Assembly: GCA_963706745.1 (NCBI GenBank)
Contig: CAVPMX010000004.1
Location: 1,112,375-1,176,374, forward strand
Length of the DNA stretch: 64,000 nt
DNA from: an uncultured Actinomycetes bacterium
GTDB lineage: Bacteria > Actinomycetota > Acidimicrobiia > IMCC26256 > PALSA-610
Reading direction: 5' to 3'
This document shows positions 32,807 through 43,887 of this stretch, one piece after another. The notes beneath the pieces were generated by a model. That model was given only the letters and a program-made list of their open reading frames with translations, searched no databases and had not been told where the DNA came from. Numbering within the stretch: the first letter of the stretch is position 1; each line of letters opens with the position of its first letter. A program made the translations under genes and the position numbers.

Positions 32807-33611
32807 CTAGGTCACGACCACGCCGTCGAGGCTCTCGGAAGGCTGCGGCACACGGGGGTCCATGCGCTCGAGCGCATCGACGAGCAGCGACGAGATCGCG
32901 AGGTCGCGAACCCACTTGTGATCGGCGGGCACCACGTACCACGGGGCCCACTCGGCGGTGGTGGCGTCGATCGCATCCTCGTACGCGGCTTGGTACTCGT
33001 CCCACCTCGTGCGCGTCACGAGGTCCTCGGAGCGGAACTTCCACCGCTTCTCCGGATCGTCGAGGCGCTCCTGCAGACGCCGGCGCTGCTCCTCCTTCGA
33101 GACGTGGAGGAAGACCTTCACGATCGACGTGCCCTCGTCGTGCAGCATCCGCTCGAAGTCGAGGAGGTGTCGGTAGCGCCGACGCCGCGTAGCTGCGTCG
33201 ACGAGGCCCAGCACGTAGGTGGTCACGACGTCCTCGTAGTGCGAGCGGTTGAAGATCCCCATCTCTCCACGCGGCGGGCAGGCCGCGTGCACGCGCCACA
33301 AGTAGTCGTGATCGCTCTCGTGGCCGCAGGGAACCTTGAACGACGTGACCCTGCAGCCCTGCGGGTTGACCCCGGAGAGGACTCTCCTGACGGTCCCGTC
33401 CTTGCCGCATGCGTCCATGCCCTGGAGGACCACCAACAGACTGCGGGTGTTCTCAGCCCAGAGCCGGTTCTGTAGGACACGCAGCGATTCCAGCCGCTCC
33501 GCGACCTTCGACGCGGCATCCTTCTTGTCGGAGAGGCCCAGACGGTCACCCGGGTCGCGGGACCGGAGCAGCGAGGCCTCGCCGGGAGCGACGCGCGATT
33601 TCGACGAGCAT
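32807..33611 (-). CDS. ppk2: Polyphosphate kinase 2 family (class III-like); frameshift just after the start
   Basis: LQGMDACGKDG, FKVP, FNRSHYEDV, PWYVVPADHKW. Confidence 0.9.
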
Positions 33612-33642
33612 CGCGGAAGCCTACGCGCCGTATGCTCGCCCG
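33612..33642. promoter_or_regulatory. Back-to-back leaderless promoters
   Basis: TATGCT (33631-36) lies 6 nt before ATG 33643; TAGGCT (minus strand, 33618-23) lies 6 nt before ATG 33611. Confidence 0.6.
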
Positions 33643-35382
33643 ATGATCCCCACCGGTCGCATCCTCGTCGTCGCACGCCGGACCCGAGGCGAGCGACTCA
33701 CAGGCGCCGTCGAGGGAGGCGGCACCGCAGGACTCGGCGATCTCGTCGTCGAGATCGAGAACGACGGGGGACGGGTCTCGTGGACAGTGGCGAATGGCGG
33801 CTCGAACGCGATCGCGCTCGACGCGTTGGCACTGGTGTGGGATGGCGGCGGGGCCGGCGAGGAGCCGTGCATGTTCTCGAACGGCTATCAGTCGTGGTCG
33901 CCCACCGGACGACGGGCCCTCGGCGTGGACGCCGACCCGTCGCGTGCGTCGGGCTCGATCCCGTTCCTGCGCGCCATGCACCACGCCGATCCCGCCGTCG
34001 CTCCCGAAGGCGAGCTCCGCTCCGAGCAGGTGGCCGTACTCGACCCCGACTCGGGCGCACCGCTCACCTGCGTCGGCTTCGAGGGTGGTGCAGACCACGC
34101 CGGGACCCTGCGCGCACGCCTGCTCGACGGGCGTGTCGAGCTGACCGCAGAGGCGTGGTTCGGCGGCGCAGAGATCGCCCCTGGTGAGCGGCGCGAGCTG
34201 CACGCCGTCGTGTGCAGCGACGGCGACGACGCCCCGGCGCTGCTCGACGCGTGGGCGACCACGGCCGGTCGTGGCGAGAGCGCACGCACGGCGGCGCCAT
34301 ACCAGGTCGGGTGGTGCTCCTGGTACCACTACTTCCACGAGATCGGCGAGGCGGCGTTCTCCGACAACCTCTCCCGGGCGGCCGACTGGCCCTTCGACGT
34401 CTTCCAGCTCGACGACGGCTACCAGTCGGCGATCGGCGACTGGCTCGTGACCAACCAGAAGTTCCCCGGCGGCGTCGAGGGCGTCGCTGCGGCGGTCGAG
34501 AGATCCGGTCGGATCCCCGGCATCTGGATCGCGCCGTTCCTGGCTGCGCCCGACTCGGTGACGGCACGTGAGCACCCCGACTGGATCGCGCGCGATCTCG
34601 ACGGCGACGAGCCGATGATCGGCATGTGGCACGAGATCTGGGGCGGCTTCATGTGGCAGCTCGACACGACGCTGCCCGAGGTGCAGGAGCACCTCTCGCA
34701 GGTCGCGTCCGACCTCGTCTCCGCCGGCTACCGGTACCTGAAGCTCGACTTCACCTTCTCGCCGGCCGTCCCGGGGCGGTTCGGCGACCGTTCGCGCACC
34801 CCGGCGGAGCGGGTCCGCCTCGGCTACGAGGCGGTGCGACGAGGCGCAGGCGACGACGTCTTCATCCTCGGGTGCGGCTGCCCGCTAGGCGCGGTGGTCG
34901 GCGTCGTCGACGGCATGCGCATCGGTCCCGACGTCGCACCATCGTGGGAGGTCGGCCCCGACGACACGGTCTTCGCCGGGTACGACGACGCTGCACCCTC
35001 GACCCGCAATGCGTGGACGAGCACGCTTCACCGGTCCTTCCAGCACCGGCGGCTCTGGCTGAACGACCCGGACTGCCTGATGCTGCGCACCACCGAGACG
35101 CGACTCGCGCCGGACGCTGCCCGCGCGTGGGCACTGGCCGTGGGCCTCTCGGGCGGGCTCGCCCTCGTCTCCGACGACCTATCGCTGCTCGACCCCGCTG
35201 CCCGCAGCCTCCTCGACGAGGTGATCGCGCTCGGCCGCGTCGCCGACCAAGACGCTCTCGCCGGCAGCGCGCCGAGGTGCGAGGACCTCTTGCTGCCGGG
35301 CGGTCCGTCGATCCTCACAGCAGCCGGATACGTGCTGACCGCCGATCCCGACGAGCCGCACGCGGTGCTGGATCATCGCTGA
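33643..35382 (+). CDS. Alpha-galactosidase (GH36)
   Basis: GWCSWYHY, FQLDDGYQ, YLKLDF, MRIGPD, WLNDPDC. Confidence 0.9.
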   Translation: MIPTGRILVVARRTRGERLTGAVEGGGTAGLGDLVVEIENDGGRVSWTVANGGSNAIALDALALVWDGGGAGEEPCMFSNGYQSWSPTGRRALGVDADPSRASGSIPFLRAMHHADPAVAPEGELRSEQVAVLDPDSGAPLTCVGFEGGADHAGTLRARLLDGRVELTAEAWFGGAEIAPGERRELHAVVCSDGDDAPALLDAWATTAGRGESARTAAPYQVGWCSWYHYFHEIGEAAFSDNLSRAADWPFDVFQLDDGYQSAIGDWLVTNQKFPGGVEGVAAAVERSGRIPGIWIAPFLAAPDSVTAREHPDWIARDLDGDEPMIGMWHEIWGGFMWQLDTTLPEVQEHLSQVASDLVSAGYRYLKLDFTFSPAVPGRFGDRSRTPAERVRLGYEAVRRGAGDDVFILGCGCPLGAVVGVVDGMRIGPDVAPSWEVGPDDTVFAGYDDAAPSTRNAWTSTLHRSFQHRRLWLNDPDCLMLRTTETRLAPDAARAWALAVGLSGGLALVSDDLSLLDPAARSLLDEVIALGRVADQDALAGSAPRCEDLLLPGGPSILTAAGYVLTADPDEPHAVLDHR

Positions 35383-35512
35383 AACCGACACGGCCCGCCC
35401 GGGGCTAGCCGCAGAGCGGCGGTACGGTTACTATCAGTGACCGTCGAATTCGGCCCCCGTCGTGACGACCCAGTCGCCACACGGGCCCGGCCGGACGAGG
35501 GAAGGAGTTCCG

Positions 35513-35710
35513 ATGCCCCTTCAGCACCTCAGCATCCTGGCCCATGCGCTCTCCGCCAGGTTGCGGACCGGCGACGACGAGCGCGGCGCGGGGCTCGTCG
35601 AGTATCTGCTGCTCTTCGCGTTCATCGCCGTCGTCGTGATCGTCGTCGTGCAGTCGTTCGGCGGCAAGGTCAGCACGATGTACTCGAGCGCCAACTCCCA
35701 GATCCCCTGA
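35513..35710 (+). CDS. Flp family type IVb pilin
   Basis: DERG/AGLVEY prepilin motif followed by a hydrophobic helix; RBS AAGGAG. Confidence 0.88.
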   Translation: MPLQHLSILAHALSARLRTGDDERGAGLVEYLLLFAFIAVVVIVVVQSFGGKVSTMYSSANSQIP

Positions 35711-35764
35711 GCGGGTGCAGCGCGAACAGGCGCCGAGTCCCTGCGAGCCCACCCGTGGAGCCGC

Positions 35765-36553
35765 TCAACGACGTCGGCTGACGGCGTGGGCAGTGACCAC
35801 CCACGACCCACACGTCCATAGCGCGAGCGCGAGATACGAACGACCGGCACCGCTGACCAGATCGTCGGTGAGCCCGTCGCGTATGACGATCGCCATGTGG
35901 TGGAACGGCAGGACGCGGTGGACCGCCGCGAGCCAATCAGGGAACTGGCTGATCGGGAACGCCACCGGCGAGAACATGAGCACGAAGAAGATCAACACGT
36001 TCGTCGTCAAGTTGATGACGCGGGGGTTCGCGATTGCGTGCCCGAGTCCGAAGCCGACCGAGGTCGCCATCAACGCCGTCAGGAGCACGGCCGGCACCAC
36101 CAGGGGCGTGACGCTCAGGTCGAGGTCGAACCTCGCCGTCGCCACAACCAGCGACACGAATGCCCCCGGGAGCGAGATCAGCGTGAAGACGGTGAACGAC
36201 GCGAGGGCCCCCGCGCTTCGCGGCACGGGTAGCGACCACATGAAGTCGTACGTGCCCTCGAGCTTCTGCTGACCGATCACGTTGGGGACGTGGACGAACC
36301 CGACGGGGATCAGCGCAAGGACGGGAGCGGCCGTGGCGAGGTACTCGACCCGCTTCGGGTCGATGTCGCCGAGCACGAATCCGTAGATCACCGCCGTCCC
36401 CGCCCCGGTCAGGAGCTGCAGGAACGCCATCGCCGTGAGCTCGCGACGCAGACCCGTCGCCTGGAACCGGATCATCGACGTGTACGCGCGGAAATAGCGC
36501 CGCACCCCACGGCGCACGCCGACACCGCCGAGCACGACCTCGCCGGCCCCCAC
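35765..36553 (-). CDS. ABC-2 transporter permease
   Basis: Multiple TM segments, FSPVAFPISQFPDWL. Confidence 0.85.
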   Translation of the reverse strand: MGAGEVVLGGVGVRRGVRRYFRAYTSMIRFQATGLRRELTAMAFLQLLTGAGTAVIYGFVLGDIDPKRVEYLATAAPVLALIPVGFVHVPNVIGQQKLEGTYDFMWSLPVPRSAGALASFTVFTLISLPGAFVSLVVATARFDLDLSVTPLVVPAVLLTALMATSVGFGLGHAIANPRVINLTTNVLIFFVLMFSPVAFPISQFPDWLAAVHRVLPFHHMAIVIRDGLTDDLVSGAGRSYLALALWTCGSWVVTAHAVSRRR

Positions 36554-37393
36554 CTACCGCCTCCGCCCCAGAACCGCGGCGACGACCCCCGTTGAGAGCA
36601 CCGCCCATCCGGCAAGCACCGCGTAGGAGCGGGCGACGCCGTCGGTCAGGCCGGCGCTGAGGCCCCCGCGCACGACCGCCGCCATGTGCTGGAAGGGAAG
36701 CCACTCGTTCACCGAGATGAGCCACCGCGGCAGGTTCGCGGCCGGGAACAGCACCGGCGAGAAGCCGAAGAGCACGAAGATGAAGAGCTGGGTCACGAGC
36801 GAGACGAGCACAGGGCTGCCCAGGGCGTGAGCTAGGGCGTAGCCGACCATCGTCGCCGTGTAGACCGTGACCACGACGGCGACGAGGATCGACGGAGAGA
36901 GCGCGAGCTCGAAGTCGTGGACCGCCGAGCCGACGAGCACCGTGACTGCCGCCGCTGGGACACCGATGAGAAGGTTGAGGCTGAACCAGGCCGCTACCGC
37001 GGCGCTGCGCGGCGCGGGCAGCGACCACACGAAGTCGTAGACGAGCTCCGCCTTCTGCTGGGCCACCAGCTGAGGCCCGATCACCAGGCTCACGATCACC
37101 AGTGCCAGCGCCGCTCCCCCGGTGCACGCATACAGCGCCGCCACTGCGGGGACGTCTTCGAACCAGATCCCGATGGCGAAGACGACCCCCACTCCGCTGA
37201 GCGCCTGAACGGCGATCACCACCGGGAGCATCAACCGAAGACCGGTCAGCTCCCACCGGAGAAGAAGCGCGTAGGACCGCAACCAATACGACGACCCCGC
37301 TCGCAGGCCGCCGACAACCTCGCGGTACCCGCCCTGGAGCCGAGACGGGTCTCGTCCGGCCACGGCGCCGCGCGTCCCGCCCAGATCGGTCAC
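36554..37393 (-). CDS. ABC-2 transporter permease
   Basis: Paralogous to the neighbouring permease; FSPVLFPAANLPRWL; GTG overlaps the ATPase stop. Confidence 0.85.
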   Translation of the reverse strand: MTDLGGTRGAVAGRDPSRLQGGYREVVGGLRAGSSYWLRSYALLLRWELTGLRLMLPVVIAVQALSGVGVVFAIGIWFEDVPAVAALYACTGGAALALVIVSLVIGPQLVAQQKAELVYDFVWSLPAPRSAAVAAWFSLNLLIGVPAAAVTVLVGSAVHDFELALSPSILVAVVVTVYTATMVGYALAHALGSPVLVSLVTQLFIFVLFGFSPVLFPAANLPRWLISVNEWLPFQHMAAVVRGGLSAGLTDGVARSYAVLAGWAVLSTGVVAAVLGRRR

Positions 37394-38324
37394 GCCTCTT
37401 CGTGGCCCGTCGCGCCCGTGGCGCCGAGATCGCCCGTCAGTCGTATGTAGACGTCTTCGAGTGTCGTGGCGGCGAGCGCGTACTCCTCGGCTACACCGTC
37501 GTCTACGAGGCCACGCGCCCATGCGATCCCGGCGGCGGTGTCGCCGTCACCGACGACGGTCACCACGTTGTGGCCCACGCGCGTGTGGTCAATGACGAAG
37601 GGGGGCAGCGGCGGTGTCGCTTCTCCGGGGACGAGCATGACCTGGAGGCGCATACGGCCGCGATCGCCCGCCTTCAACGACGACGGCGTACCCTCGGCCA
37701 ACAACCGCCCGTCGGAGATCACGGCCAGGCGATCGACCGACCTCTCCGCCTCGACGACGTTGTGAGTGACGAGCACCACCGCCGAGCCCTCGTCGCCCAG
37801 GCGTCTCACCTGCTCCCAGAGCAGGCGACGCCGAAGCGGGTCGACGTCGTTGGTCGGCTCGTCGAGAATGACGACCCTGCCGGCCGACACCGTGACCATC
37901 GCGAACCCGACGAGCCTCTTGACCCCACCCGAGAGGCGTGCACCGACCGTGTCGCGCCACTCCTCGATCTGAAGCGCCTCGATCATCTCCGCGGACCGAC
38001 GACGCACCGTCGCGGCGTCGCCTCCCCGGATCATCCCCGTGATCTCGATCGCCTCGCGGACCTTGAAGGAGCCGATCGGCATCTGAGCCTGAGGGAGGTA
38101 TGAGCAGAGCTGCCTCGCGGCGTCGGGGTCGGCGACCAGATCGTGCGGGCCGAGAGTGATGGCACCGGCGTCGGGCTTCAAGAGCCCGATCACCTGTTTG
38201 ACCAGCGTCGACTTGCCCGCGCCGTTCGGGCCGAGGAGTCCGTAGACCTCACCGGGAGCCACGTGCAGCGTGATGCCGTCGTTCGCGCGGACCGCTCCCT
38301 TGAAGACCTTGGTGAGGCCCTCCA
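37390..38324 (-). CDS. ABC transporter ATP-binding protein
   Basis: GPNGAGKS, LSGG, ILDEPT, VTH; exact start uncertain. Confidence 0.9.
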
Positions 38325-38401
38325 TCCGGAACGTCCAGTCGGCCCATGCGGGATTCGAGCCCGCCAGAGGCGCCTCCGTAGGCGCCCTCCCCGGATCTGC
38401 G

Positions 38402-38475
38402 TGGGCGGTACTGGACTCGAACCAGCGACCTCGTCGGTGTGAACGACGCGCTCTAGCCAACTGAGCTAACCGCCC
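38402..38475 (-). tRNA. tRNA-Val(CAC)
   Basis: GGGCGGTTAGCTCAGTTGG...CGTCG-TTCACAC-CGACG...GGTTCGAGTCC...ACCGCCCA; CCA not encoded. Confidence 0.95.
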
Positions 38476-38553
38476 CGGGACAGGCGAGGATACTCGCACC
38501 TCGGACGGGACAGGCCGGGAACCGGGGGCCGCGGGGAGCACCTCCCGGGGTGA

Positions 38554-39787
38554 TCACCGCTCGGACACCGCTACCTCGAGGCCCCCCGAGAGGTAGTCGA
38601 GCGCGACGGCCGCATAGAGCGCCACTCCGGACCGCATCGCCTCCTCGTCGATCTGCATCCGGTTCGAGTGGCAGGACGGCGCCTCCGATGCCGCAGTGCC
38701 CGCAGGGCAGGCGCCGAGATACGCGAATGCGCCCGGGCGCTCCCGGAGCACGTACCCGAAGTCCTCGGCCCCCATGATCGGCGCGGGCATCTCGGCGAAC
38801 CCCGACTCCCCGAGCAGGCTCCGAGCGGTCCTCCCGACAAAGGCAGCGAAGTCGCGGTCGTTCACCGTCGGTGCGTAGCCGCGCTCGACCTTGGCTGCAG
38901 CGTGCGCACCATGCGCCGCCGCGATGCCCGAGGCGACACGCTCTATCCCCTCGATCGCGCGATTGCGACTCCGCTCCGAGATCGCCCTCAGCGTCCCGCT
39001 CATCTCGACCGACTCCGGGATGATGTTCGTGGCGGTACCGGCATTGACCGTGGTGATCGTGACGACGACGGGGTCGAAGGCGTCGATCTCCCGGGTCACG
39101 AACGTCTGCAGCGCCTGGATCATCGCCGCCGCGACCGGCATGGGATCGAGCGCGAGGTGCGGCGTCGAGGCGTGACCGCCGCGTCCCGAGACCGAGATGT
39201 AGACCTTGTCGGCCGAGGCCATCACGGGCCCGCCGCGTGTCGCGACCATGCCCGAGGGGATGTTGGGCGTCACGTGGAGCCCGAAGGCGGCGTCGACTGC
39301 GGGCGACTCCAGGACACCCTCGGCGATCATCGCCTGCGCCCCGAAGAAGCCCTCCTCCCCCGGCTGGAACATGAACCGGACGGTCCCGGCGAGGTCGTCG
39401 CGCCGCGAAGACAGCAGGCGGGCAGCGCCGATGAGCATCGCCGTGTGCGCATCGTGCCCGCAGGCGTGCATCGCGCCCGTCGACCTCGCTCGCGTAGTCG
39501 AGGCCTGTGTCCTCCGGCATGGGGAGCGCGTCCATGTCGGCCCGGAGAAGGATCGACCGACCGGGGCCCGCCGCCCCCCGGAGATCGGCGGTGACCGATG
39601 TGAGCGCGGTCCCGGTGCTCACATCCAGCCCGAGATCCGCCAGCTCCTCGAGGACCGCGGCCTGGGTGCCCGGCAGGTCCAGCCCGAGCTCCGGTGCACG
39701 GTGCAGGCGGCGGCGGAGCGCCACCACGCCGGGCAGCAGTCCACCGGCCTGGTCGATCAGATCCTCGGCGACGAAAGGCACGGGCAC
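38554..39787 (-). CDS. M20 family amidohydrolase (hippurate hydrolase-like), frameshift near 39480
   Basis: LHRAPELG, LRADMDAL, MHACGHDAH, FQPGEEG, GAEDF. Confidence 0.9.
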
Positions 39788-39976
39788 CCCCGGATCGTGG
39801 CGGCTCGGGCAGGGACAGCGACGGGCATCGGGGAGCCTACCGACGATTCCGACACGGGCCACTCCCGGATCGCCGGCCCGATCCGACCCCGACGTGCCGG
39901 GTTCCGTGTCCCCGACGCTGCGGGGACCCCCTCGTGTGCGGCATTATGTGCGCACGACGTCGAGGCAGGTGACCAC

Positions 39977-40192
39977 GTGGCTAGGAAGGGACGAGCGCGC
40001 CGCTTCCGCGAAGCGCGCCAACTCAAGCAGGGCTACGACGACGGCCTCTTCGCCGAGGGCTCCGGAAGCCTCGCCGACGTCGCCGAATCGGATTCCGATG
40101 CCGACGAGGACGACGACTTCGACGACGACGAGAGCGACGACGCCGACGAGGCCGAGCCTGGGCTCGACTGGGATCCCGACCGCTCCGTCTGA
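39977..40192 (+). CDS. Small protein with basic N-terminus and acidic C-terminus
   Basis: GTG after GAGG/AGGTG; MARKGRARRFREARQLKQGY...DEDDDFDDDESDD. Confidence 0.55.
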   Translation: MARKGRARRFREARQLKQGYDDGLFAEGSGSLADVAESDSDADEDDDFDDDESDDADEAEPGLDWDPDRSV

Positions 40193-40282
40193 CTCCGACG
40201 CACGGGCACGAGGAGCGCTCCGACGACACTGTTGTCCGCGGAGAGTCGTACCGCTGACGGTCGTACCGCGGAGAGCGCCGTG

Positions 40283-42976
40283 CTACGTGCGCAGGGGGTC
40301 GGGTGCGTCGGCCGCCAGGCCGTAGCGCGTGATGGCGGCCTCGACCGCCGAGCTCGGCAGGCTGCCACCGGTCGAGAGCCCCGACAGCACCGCGACCACG
40401 ACGTGCGCTGCATCGACCTCGAAGTGCCTGCGCAGGGCGGCTCTCGTGTCGGAGAAGCCGAACCCGTCGGTGCCCAGGGGGACGAACGGCTGCGGCACGA
40501 AGCGCGCGATTCCCTCCGTGACCGACTTCACGAAGTCCGTGACGGCCACGACGGGCCCCGGCGAGTCGGCGAGCGCGCCGGTCACGTAGGCGACCCGCGG
40601 AGGCGCGCCGCGGGTGCAGCCGGTTCCAACGCTCGCACTCCCGTGCGTCGTCGCCGAGCTGCTTCCAACCCGGCACGCTCCACACGTCGGCGGCGACATC
40701 CCACTCCTCTCCGAGCATCTCCTGCGCCTCCAGCGCTGCGCGCATCGCAGACCCACTGGCAAGGATCTGAGCTCGATGGCGCCGCTCGGCCGTCGCCGGT
40801 CGGTAGAGGTACAAGCCGCGGACGATCGCCTCCTCGACGCCCTGGGGCATCGCTGGCTGCGGTGAGGTCTCGTTGTAGAGCGTCAGGTAGTAGAAGCAGT
40901 CTTCCGGCTCGGATCCGTACATGCGATCGATGCCGTCTCGCACGAGGACTCCCACCTCGTAGGCGAACGCCGGGTCGTAGGCGCGACAGCTCGGTACGGC
41001 AGATGCCAGCAGGAGACTCTGGCCGTCGCAGTGCTGGAGACCCTCGCCCTGGAGCGTCGTGCGGCCCGCCGTAGCCCCGATCAGGAACCCGCGGCCACGC
41101 ATGTCGCCGAACGCCCAGACGAGGTCGCCGACCCTCTGGAAGCCGAACATCGAGTAGAAGACGAAGAACGGGATCATCGGCTCGCCCCACGTCGCGTACG
41201 CCGTTCCCGCCGCAGTGAACGACGCCATGGAGCCGGCCTCGGTGATGCCCTCCATCAGTATCCGCCCGTCGCTGGCCTCGCGGTACGAGAGGAGCAGACC
41301 GGCGTCGACGGGCTCATAGCGCCTGCCCGAACGGCGCGTAGATCTTCGACGTCGGGGAAGAGCGCGTCGATGCCGAAGGTGCGTGCCTCGTCGGGGACGA
41401 TCGGCACGATCCTGCTACCGATGTCGGGGTCCCGCAGCAGCTCCCGCAGCAGGCGCGTGAACGCCATCGTCGTCGAGGCGTCGACACTTCCCGGCCGTGC
41501 CCGCACTCAGGTTCGCGGCCACGTCGGGGCGGACCGAGATCGGCCGGGTGGGGCGCTCGACCCGTTCGGGAACGAACCCGTCGAGCGCTCGGCGCCGCTC
41601 GGCCAGGTACCTGCACTCCGGCGACTCCTCCCCCGGGTGAACATAGGGTGGCAGTCCTTCTTCGAGAACGTCGTCGGGAATCTCGAGGTGCAGTCGGTCG
41701 CGGAACGCCTTCAGCTCCGCGACGGAGAGCTTCTTGATCTGATGGGTCGCGTTGCGCGCCTCGATGTCGGTCCCGAGCGTCCAGCCCTTCACCGTCTTCG
41801 CGAGGATCGCCGTCGGCGCACCCTCGTGCTCCACTGCCGCGCGATAGGCGGCGTGCACCTTCCGGTAGTCGTGTCCTCCGCGTGGCAGTCGCCGCAGGTC
41901 CTCGTCGGCGAGGCCCTCGACCATCTTGCGGAGTCGCGGGTCGGGTCCGAAGAAGTGCTCCCTGATGTACGCGCCGCTCTCGACCGCGTACTTCTGGAAC
42001 TCGCCGTCGAGGGTCGAGTTCATCTTGCCCACCAACACGCCGTCGACGTCGCGGGCCAGCAGCTCGTCCCACTCACGTCCCCACACGACCTTGACGACGT
42101 TCCATCCCGCTCCGCGGAAGCGCGGACTCGAGCTCCTGTATGACCTTCCCGTTGCCCCTCACCGGGCCGTCGAGGCGCTGGAGGTTGCAGTTGACGACGA
42201 AGGTCAGGTTGTCGAGCCGTTCCCGTGCCGCGATCGACAACCCCGCCAGCGACTCCGGCTCGTCCATCTCCCCGTCACCGACGAAGCACCACACGCGTGC
42301 GCGGCTCGTGTCGACCACGCGGTTGTGCAGCAGGTAGCGGTTGAATCGAGCCTGGTACACGGCGTTGAGCGGTCCGAGCCCCATCGAGACCGTAGGGAAC
42401 TCCCAGAAGTGCGGCGAGCGGCGCGGATGGGGGTACGAGGGCAGGCCGGCGCCTCCGACCTCGCGACGGAAGTGATCGAGGCGCTCCTCGGTCAGCCGAC
42501 CCTCGAGGAAGGCGCGTGCGTAGATCCCCGGGGCGGCGTGGCCCTGCACGAAGACCTGGTCGCCGAAGCCACCGTCGCCCTTCCCACGGAAGAAGTGGTT
42601 GAACCCGACCTCGTAAAGCGACGCCGCAGAGGCATACGTGGACAGGTGACCCCCGAGACCCTCGTCTCTCAGGTTCGCCCGTGCGACCATCGCCGCAGCG
42701 TTCCACCGCACGAACCGCCTGATGCGCCGCTCGATCTCCTCGTCGCCGGGGAACCACGGCTCTTCCTCGGCCGGGATCGTGTTGATGTAGTCGGTGGTGA
42801 CCGTCGCGGGGACAGGGACTCCCCTGTCGCGCGGCACGCTCGAGCAGGCGCGCCAGCAGATAGTGGGCGCGCGCCTTCCCACGTGTCTCGACCACGGCGT
42901 CGAGCGAGTCGAGCCACTCCGCCGTCTCTTGACGGTCGACGTCGGGTAGCTGGTGTACGGAGCCGTCGATGAACAC
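40283..42976 (-). CDS. aceE: Pyruvate dehydrogenase E1 component, homodimeric type (several frameshifts)
   Basis: [66 protein letters not shown]. Confidence 0.93.
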
Positions 42977-42993
42977 TCCGTCCTCCTCTCGAC

Positions 42994-43434
42994 GCGCCGG
43001 CCCGGAAGATCCTGCTCCGCGCGCCAGGTGTCGCTGTCGAGGCTAGGCGCGCAACGCCCGACGTCGTGCCCACCCGGGGATTCGCCGGCCGGAGGATCCT
43101 GCTCCGCGCCAGGTGTCGCTGTCGAGGCCGCGGAACGCCCGACGTCGTGCCCACCCCGACATGCGCCGGCCCGGAGGATCCTGCTCCGCGCGCCAGGTGT
43201 CGCTGTCGAGGCCACGCGCGCAACGCCCGACGTCGGGCCCACCCCGACATGCGCCGGCCCGGAGGATCCTGCTCCGCGCGCCAGGTGTCGCTGTCGAGGC
43301 CACGCGCGCAACGCCCGAGGTCGTGCCCACCCCGACATGCGTCGGCCCGGGGGATCCTGCTCCGCGCGCCAGGTGTCGCTGTCGAGGCCAGGCGCGTCGA
43401 GCCCGAGGTCGTGCCCACCCCGACATGCGCCGGG
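42994..43434. repeat. Tandem array of five ~88-bp units (periods 87, 82, 88, 88)
   Basis: GATCCTGCTCC recurs at 43008, 43095, 43177, 43265 and 43353; unit cgccggcccggaggatcctgctccgcgcgccaggtgtcgctgtcgaggcc...cccaccccgacatg. Confidence 0.92.
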
Positions 43435-43460
43435 GCGGAAGACGGACGGCCCGCCGGCCG

Positions 43461-43721
43461 TCAGCCGCCGGAGGAGTCGATGCAGGAGTCGATGTGCACC
43501 TTGTCGAAGATGAACTTGCAGGAGCACTTCGCTTCGCAGTCGTCGAGCGTCGATCCGTACCAGAGCGATCCCGCTGCGATGGCGCCGCAGATGACGAGCA
43601 TCACCAGCCGACGCGCGGCCGTCCGCACGAAGATGAGGGCCGCGACGACGCCGAGGGCAGCAAAGAGGGTCGAGCCGGCAACGGTCGCCCGGAGCGCGTC
43701 TAGATCGAACCAATCGGGCAT
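43461..43721 (-). CDS. Small two-TM membrane protein with Cys-rich C-terminus
   Basis: RBS GGAGG; 86 aa; two hydrophobic helices then CEAKCSC...C. Confidence 0.65.
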   Translation of the reverse strand: MPDWFDLDALRATVAGSTLFAALGVVAALIFVRTAARRLVMLVICGAIAAGSLWYGSTLDDCEAKCSCKFIFDKVHIDSCIDSSGG

Positions 43722-43887
43722 CGCCTCCCAGACTACCCCTGTCGGGCCCTCGAGAGCGTCCCTGGTCCGCTCGGAGAGGCTCCCGGACGCCGTCAGCGTT
43801 CCGATACCCTGCTGCGGCGACCGACCCGACGGTTGCGGGACCCCCGGCACGGGTGGCTCTCGGCCTCGGACGAGACAGGAGTGGGCG

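Noticed and set aside
42994-43434. CRISPR array
   Set aside because: Whole 88-bp units repeat with no unique spacers, and no cas genes are present in the window.
42669-43703. Repeat-protein ORFs across the 88-bp array
   Set aside because: The unit is not a multiple of 3, so peptides rotate through frames; open frames are expected from the GC content.
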